Positions 59,932-64,000 of a stretch of 64,000 nt of DNA are shown piece by piece (the first letter of the stretch is position 1; the number at the start of each line of letters is the position of its first letter). Location: the IMG/VR virus record IMGVR_UViG_3300024054_000269, positions 64,001-128,000 of that record, one strand, 5' to 3'. Both the position numbers and the translations under genes were made by a program. The DNA is from a virus. The notes beneath the pieces were generated by a model. That model saw only the letters and a program-made list of their open reading frames with translations. It did no database searches and was not told where the DNA came from.

Positions 59932-60588
59932 GTGATAGCTCAAGAGCTGAATCGATCTAGGACTATCAAGGTAAAAAACCCCATTAAAACACAACGGCTG
60001 CCATGGCCAAGATTATCAGAAGACGAACCAAAAGTTCAGCTTGGAGTTGACGTTGTAGCAAAACAACAAGATATAATAAAAATTGTATACAAATTTTTTA
60101 GAGTCGAAGATATATCAATGGACGAACTTTTACAAGAAGTATATCTTGCAATATTGCATAAAAATCAAACAAGAAGTGCGCATGATCAAAGGAAATCGAG
60201 TTTTGGGCATTATGTTTATATGGTAGCAGATAATGTATGCAAGAATTTGGTCAATAAAAGAAAACGACGAGACAGAGAAAAAGAATCGCTTGATGCACCG
60301 TGTAATGTAGATGGCAGTAGAAGAACGAATTTAGAGGTCATAGAAGATTGTGGGTTTTTGAATGTTGAACCAATTAATAATGATATAGAACCTGCTCAAG
60401 AATTTGAAGAAATCCTTAGAAAAAACGGCAAAAGAGAGCTTGCAAGATATATTAGGGCGGTTAGATACGGTGCAAGGCCTGAGATAATAAAAGAAGCCCT
60501 TTCCTTTGGTCAAAAAAGGTATTCTGCAAAGATGGTAAGAGATTTAAAAACGAAAGTCAAAGAAGCAGCTAAAGAATTTAGTCTTTAA
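59932..60588 (+). CDS. Phage-encoded RNA polymerase sigma factor (sigma70/ECF-like, 218 aa)
   Basis: Region-2-like MDELLQEVYLAIL...KSSFGHYVYMVADNVCKNLVNKRKR, ESLDAP, and a weak HTH-like C-terminus. Confidence 0.75.
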   Translation: MIAQELNRSRTIKVKNPIKTQRLPWPRLSEDEPKVQLGVDVVAKQQDIIKIVYKFFRVEDISMDELLQEVYLAILHKNQTRSAHDQRKSSFGHYVYMVADNVCKNLVNKRKRRDREKESLDAPCNVDGSRRTNLEVIEDCGFLNVEPINNDIEPAQEFEEILRKNGKRELARYIRAVRYGARPEIIKEALSFGQKRYSAKMVRDLKTKVKEAAKEFSL

Positions 60589-60814
60589 TTTTCCATTTAG
60601 AAATACTTTCAATAAAACTGTTTATCGATTTATCCAAATTTTCTTTTGACATTTCATTTTTTAACAAAATTGTTAAATTGCCTCTAATTAGCGATAATCC
60701 AGTTGTTGGGTTTTTCAGCAGTTCCCAACATCCCTTGCAGACATATAAATTGGAACCGTCTTCATCTTTTCCCCTAAATTCACCGTCATTCACACAAAAA
60801 TAACATGTGTTCAT
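60578..60814 (-). CDS. Small Zn-finger-like protein (78 aa)
   Basis: CYFC...VCKGC motif. Confidence 0.65.
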   Translation of the reverse strand: MNTCYFCVNDGEFRGKDEDGSNLYVCKGCWELLKNPTTGLSLIRGNLTILLKNEMSKENLDKSINSFIESISKWKIKD

Positions 60815-61416
60815 TGATTAAACTCATTAAATAAAATTGACACCACCTGCTCTATGTCTTTATTAGACTGAGAATATATATTTTCAGCAAAAATTAGCGC
60901 CATTGGTATTGGTAATTTTATTTTAAGAACACCATACGAATCGATTTTTGAATTTATTAGCTTATCAAATTCCAACATTATTTCATCCATGTCAACTGGT
61001 TTATACAGACCGGTCTCACTACTCCATGGGTTGCAATATTCAGGATTTGATGAAACAAAATGTGTTGAACACGTCGGCGGCCTAACCGGATAAGCTGAAC
61101 ATTCACCTTTTTCGTTTAAGACCGGGCATTTTATATTCATTTTAAACCATGATACTGGATTAGAATTTCTAATAACTTTAATTTGATCCAACGATTTAAC
61201 TTTGGTTATTTTCCATTGATTATTGAGTAAATATTCATACATAATTATTGCTTCAGCGACTGTTATGTATAATAATCGGCTACAACAGCCATTGCATCCA
61301 ACCTTGCAAGATATAACGTCTTTGTAAATTGAAAGTCTTTTTTTATCTGACTTGTAAGCCGATTCTATTATTGATAATTTAATCGAATTTAAAGCTTGAG
61401 ACAGTTGAAAGTTCAA
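60811..61416 (-). CDS. YkgJ / FliB-like CxxxCxxCC Cys-cluster (Zn or Fe-S) protein (201 aa)
   Basis: SCKVGCNGCC and CPVL...ECSAYPVRPPTC signature. Confidence 0.85.
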   Translation of the reverse strand: MNFQLSQALNSIKLSIIESAYKSDKKRLSIYKDVISCKVGCNGCCSRLLYITVAEAIIMYEYLLNNQWKITKVKSLDQIKVIRNSNPVSWFKMNIKCPVLNEKGECSAYPVRPPTCSTHFVSSNPEYCNPWSSETGLYKPVDMDEIMLEFDKLINSKIDSYGVLKIKLPIPMALIFAENIYSQSNKDIEQVVSILFNEFNQ

Positions 61417-61424
61417 TTAATTTC

Positions 61425-61760
61425 TCAATTTATCGATGGTATAACATCATCAAAATCACATAGATATATTTCTTTCATTATCATTCTTTTCTCATTTTGA
61501 GATAAATCTAGTGTTTCAACTTTATTTAAAGCCGTAATTTTTATATAATTTTTAATTTGTTCTTTTGCTTCGTCGATTTTACCATATTCAAGAAATGATA
61601 ATATATCCTCATGAAGTTTAGACTTTGCAATGTTAATCAATTCTCGCTCAGTAATAGTAACTAAATGGTCATCCCCACATTTTGTTCTTAACAAACACAT
61701 CCTAGCAAATCTTTTGGCAAACACTTTAGAAGAATCTAATATCGGACCTAGGTGTAACAT
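61425..61760 (-). CDS. Hypothetical protein (111 aa)
   Basis: GAGG SD upstream; part of the - strand run. Confidence 0.6.
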   Translation of the reverse strand: MLHLGPILDSSKVFAKRFARMCLLRTKCGDDHLVTITERELINIAKSKLHEDILSFLEYGKIDEAKEQIKNYIKITALNKVETLDLSQNEKRMIMKEIYLCDFDDVIPSIN

Positions 61761-61819
61761 ATGAACCTCTTTCTTCCTTTGGCGGTTCTATATAGAACCG
61801 CCAAAGGAAGCACAACATA

Positions 61820-62626
61820 TCAAATTACGGTCGCGACGTCAGAAGAGGCTTTTACAGAACTCAGAAGCCTATCAACATCGGCTTCCGATTTAGCTTTTGA
61901 GCCATTTGTATTAGAAAGTTCTACTTTATCGTCTTTGCCAATCTTAAACAAATTCTTGTCTTTTAGCGCATTGTATAATGACTGGCGAGACCATTTACCG
62001 ACTTTCTTCGTTTCAGAATAAATTTCAGATTTTGTAAGTTTTTTCCCCTTCAATATCTGGGAAATCACACCTTTAAGAGGCGGCTTAGCCCCAGCTTTTG
62101 TAAGCGCAACCTTTACAGGCTTTTTCTCAATTTTTTTATCCGATTTAGCTTCTATTGGTTTTGCCGCCTTGGCTGGTTTCGCCTTTGCAGCCTTTGCCGC
62201 CTTTGCTGGTTTGGCCACCTTGGCCACTTTGGCTGGTTTTTCCGCCTTGGCTGGTTTTTCCGCCTTGGCTGGTTTTTCCGCCTTGGCTGGTTTGGCCGCC
62301 TTGGCTGGTTTGGCCACCTTGGCCGCCTTTGCCGGTTTTGCCGGTTTTGCCGGTTTTGCCGCCTTTGCCGGTTTGTCAACTTTCTTTGTCACTTTTTCTT
62401 TCTTTTCCATTTTTGGTTTGGCCTTTTCCGGGTTTTTTAATTTATTTTCAATACCCGGCATAACATTACTAGACATCAATGTTACAATTTTATCAACTTT
62501 GGCTCTGTTTTCAGTCATTATTTTTGTGACTGATGCATTAGCATTATCGATGCCTTTTATCAATGCGTTGATTTTGGTTTGATTTTGAGTTGACTTTTGA
62601 TTTCCCGATTTCTTACCATCAGCCAT
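61820..62626 (-). CDS. Histone H1-like / AlgP-Hc1-like basic nucleoid protein (268 aa)
   Basis: Central (K/E)PAKA / AKPAK repeat tract, N-terminal helical domain and C-terminal winged-helix-like segment (LKGVISQIL...LTKSEIY...WSRQSLYNAL). AGAGG SD. Confidence 0.8.
   Translation of the reverse strand: MADGKKSGNQKSTQNQTKINALIKGIDNANASVTKIMTENRAKVDKIVTLMSSNVMPGIENKLKNPEKAKPKMEKKEKVTKKVDKPAKAAKPAKPAKPAKAAKVAKPAKAAKPAKAEKPAKAEKPAKAEKPAKVAKVAKPAKAAKAAKAKPAKAAKPIEAKSDKKIEKKPVKVALTKAGAKPPLKGVISQILKGKKLTKSEIYSETKKVGKWSRQSLYNALKDKNLFKIGKDDKVELSNTNGSKAKSEADVDRLLSSVKASSDVATVI
62160..62375 (-). repeat. 9/18-bp degenerate tandem repeats encoding the PAK/AKA tract
   Basis: Read directly, e.g. (ccgccttggctggttttt) x3 and (ttttgccgg) x3 on the + strand. 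Confidence 0.9.
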
Positions 62627-62861
62627 GTTTGTGTCCTCTTTGTCGGGGTTCTATTACCCCGGCCTTTTTTGAAAAGGAGCGTCTCTTGAATTGTTTAATG
62701 ATCCTATTGATATCAGACTCACTGACAATTCCAAGCTTTCGGCATACCCTTTCTTTCATGTTTGAATGGTTGACAAGAGTTGATCTTAGTCTTTCATGAC
62801 CACTGGATATTGCCATATTTAATGCAATACCCCATAGTCTTGAAAACTCGTCTGTCACCAT
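62619..62861 (-). CDS. Small basic hypothetical protein (80 aa)
   Basis: Overlaps the start of the H1-like gene; TAAAAT 4 nt upstream of ATG. Confidence 0.55.
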   Translation of the reverse strand: MVTDEFSRLWGIALNMAISSGHERLRSTLVNHSNMKERVCRKLGIVSESDINRIIKQFKRRSFSKKAGVIEPRQRGHKHG

Positions 62862-62891
62862 TAATATTTTACATTTAAAGTTATATTAATT

Positions 62892-63107
62892 GTGCCAAGA
62901 GTACCGTACAAAATGCATTATCAAGAGTTTCTTAAAATGTTAAATAATATAGAAAATGAATTCAAAATTAACGGTAAACAGCTATTGACAATACGAGATT
63001 TAAAGGAGTTCATTCTAAACAAGACCAATAAGGTTCCCAAACAGCCGCAAGTGTTGAAGCTTAAAAGATCGAAAGGCCTGAAGTCGTTGAAGGGGTTTGG
63101 CTTGTGA
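62892..63107 (+). CDS. Small basic hypothetical protein (71 aa)
   Basis: GTG start, GTGA coupling to the next gene. Confidence 0.5.
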   Translation: MPRVPYKMHYQEFLKMLNNIENEFKINGKQLLTIRDLKEFILNKTNKVPKQPQVLKLKRSKGLKSLKGFGL

Positions 63108-63418
63108 CAATGTCGCTAGCCAGGGCCTGGCGAATTTTAGGGTTTGATATGCATGATATAATGCTATCTGCAAAACAAAATAGGGATGTCAATCAAAGAA
63201 TTGAACACATACGAAATTTGACTAAATCAGCCAAGACGGTGGCAAAAAAAGCCATGGCAAAACATCACCCAGATAAGGGTGGTGATCCAAAGATATTTAT
63301 AAGTATAAAAGAAGCCATAGATTCTATAGAACACCATCGTGATAAACTAATAGAAGAATTTAACCAAAAGAAAATAAACACCAAAAAGAAGAGGAAGCCA
63401 TATATTGAATTCAAATAG
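63104..63418 (+). CDS. Small J-domain protein (104 aa)
   Basis: LARAWRILG...AMAKHHPDKGGDPKIFISIKEA. Confidence 0.85.
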   Translation: MTMSLARAWRILGFDMHDIMLSAKQNRDVNQRIEHIRNLTKSAKTVAKKAMAKHHPDKGGDPKIFISIKEAIDSIEHHRDKLIEEFNQKKINTKKKRKPYIEFK

Positions 63419-63446
63419 TGAACTTATTATGATTGAGAATAATTAG

Positions 63447-63803
63447 ATGTCAAATTACTGTCCACTATCAATCGACCTGAATACAAAGTGCAATTTGACA
63501 CCAAACGAATGCACACTATGTAATAGACCAGCTAGCAAGGGAAATGTTTGGATAGAAAACAACATATGCAGATTGGATGAAATAGATTACGATGTTGTAT
63601 GCCGTGTTTTGTCACATGTGCCAAGGGCAAGGAAAGACTTGCTTGAAATAACAAACGACCCAACATTAATAGCATTGGCAAACACTGTCGGTTTAGTAAT
63701 TCCAGATCAAGAAGAAAATGAAATTCACAGAAAAAGATTAACTAGAAATACGCTTCCGTATTACACTATTTTCAAGGGAAATGTCGGGGGTAATATTATT
63801 TAA
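63447..63803 (+). CDS. Cys-containing hypothetical protein (118 aa)
   Basis: C...C...CTLC...C...C in the N-terminal half. Confidence 0.6.
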   Translation: MSNYCPLSIDLNTKCNLTPNECTLCNRPASKGNVWIENNICRLDEIDYDVVCRVLSHVPRARKDLLEITNDPTLIALANTVGLVIPDQEENEIHRKRLTRNTLPYYTIFKGNVGGNII

Positions 63804-63999
63804 TAGCATCTGTAGTTGTGTCCAAAGTTCCGCCATAATAACCGTTGTTGGCTCTTTCTATGACAATCTCAACTTTTTCATTAACTAATTTTGTTAAGTC
63901 AATATCAAGAACGTATGCTAAAACATATGAATATATTATGATGTCTGGTAACTCTTTACGAATACCATCTAGTATTCTTGACCTATCGTAACCATTACG
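63796..63999 (-). CDS. 3' end of a MazG-like nucleotide pyrophosphohydrolase (truncated by the window edge; not in the ORF track)
   Basis: My translation of the reverse strand: ...RILDGIRKELPDIIIYSYVLAYVLDIDLTKLVNEKVEIVIERANNGYYGG...AIK*. This matches the EL-x-D-II-x-Y...LA...LDIDL...V-x-EK pattern of MazG-like NTP-PPases. Confidence 0.6.
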   Translation of the reverse strand, partial: RNGYDRSRILDGIRKELPDIIIYSYVLAYVLDIDLTKLVNEKVEIVIERANNGYYGGTLDTTTDAIK

Positions 64000-64000
64000 C

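Noticed and set aside
62152-62582. Three extra ORFs over the PAK repeat (62152-62379 -, 62155-62463 +, 62169-62582 +)
   Set aside because: They are shadow frames created by stop-free tandem repeats. Only 61820-62626 has an SD and folded flanking domains.
1-64000. CRISPR array, tRNA or rRNA genes
   Set aside because: Intergenic gaps are mostly under 80 nt (largest about 210 nt). I saw no repeat-spacer periodicity or cloverleaf; all tandem repeats are in-frame coding repeats.
1-64000. Stop-codon reassignment (alternative genetic code)
   Set aside because: ORFs up to 1996 aa are open in the standard code, and TAA, TGA and TAG all end genes at positions coupled to or closely followed by the next gene.

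Overview
The whole window is best read as part of a large, AT-rich lytic tailed-phage genome (jumbo-like myovirus); I see no cellular housekeeping operon. 1-46,005 is a nearly uninterrupted + strand contractile-tail baseplate/fibre module: gp5/gpV-like spike, putative tip protein, gp25-like wedge, baseplate-J-like, gpI-like, tail-collar-like protein, a paralogous pair of large fibre-base proteins and a beta-helix tailspike. A short cluster of small accessory ORFs interrupts it at 32,050-33,421. 46,069-48,230 holds a Cys-rich lipoprotein of myxobacterial style with its own terminator, then two membrane-type ORFs. 48,245-58,477 is a replication module: SNF2 helicase, degenerate DnaC-like loader, DnaB helicase, stand-alone CHC2 zinc finger, full-length DnaJ, family A DNA polymerase and a ThyX-like remnant. 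58,460-64,000 holds a sigma factor, YkgJ-type Cys-cluster protein, histone H1-like protein, second J-domain protein and a truncated MazG-like gene. The most striking unexplained signal is a roughly 37-aa helical repeat with a conserved H-x6-H-x3-D motif, about 26 copies spread over three virion-module proteins, often in triplets. Other leads are the lipoprotein moron, an ATPase-dead loader next to DnaJ, and a TAnnGT motif 5-8 nt upstream of many starts. All family calls are by-eye motif recognition; no database search or computation was run.
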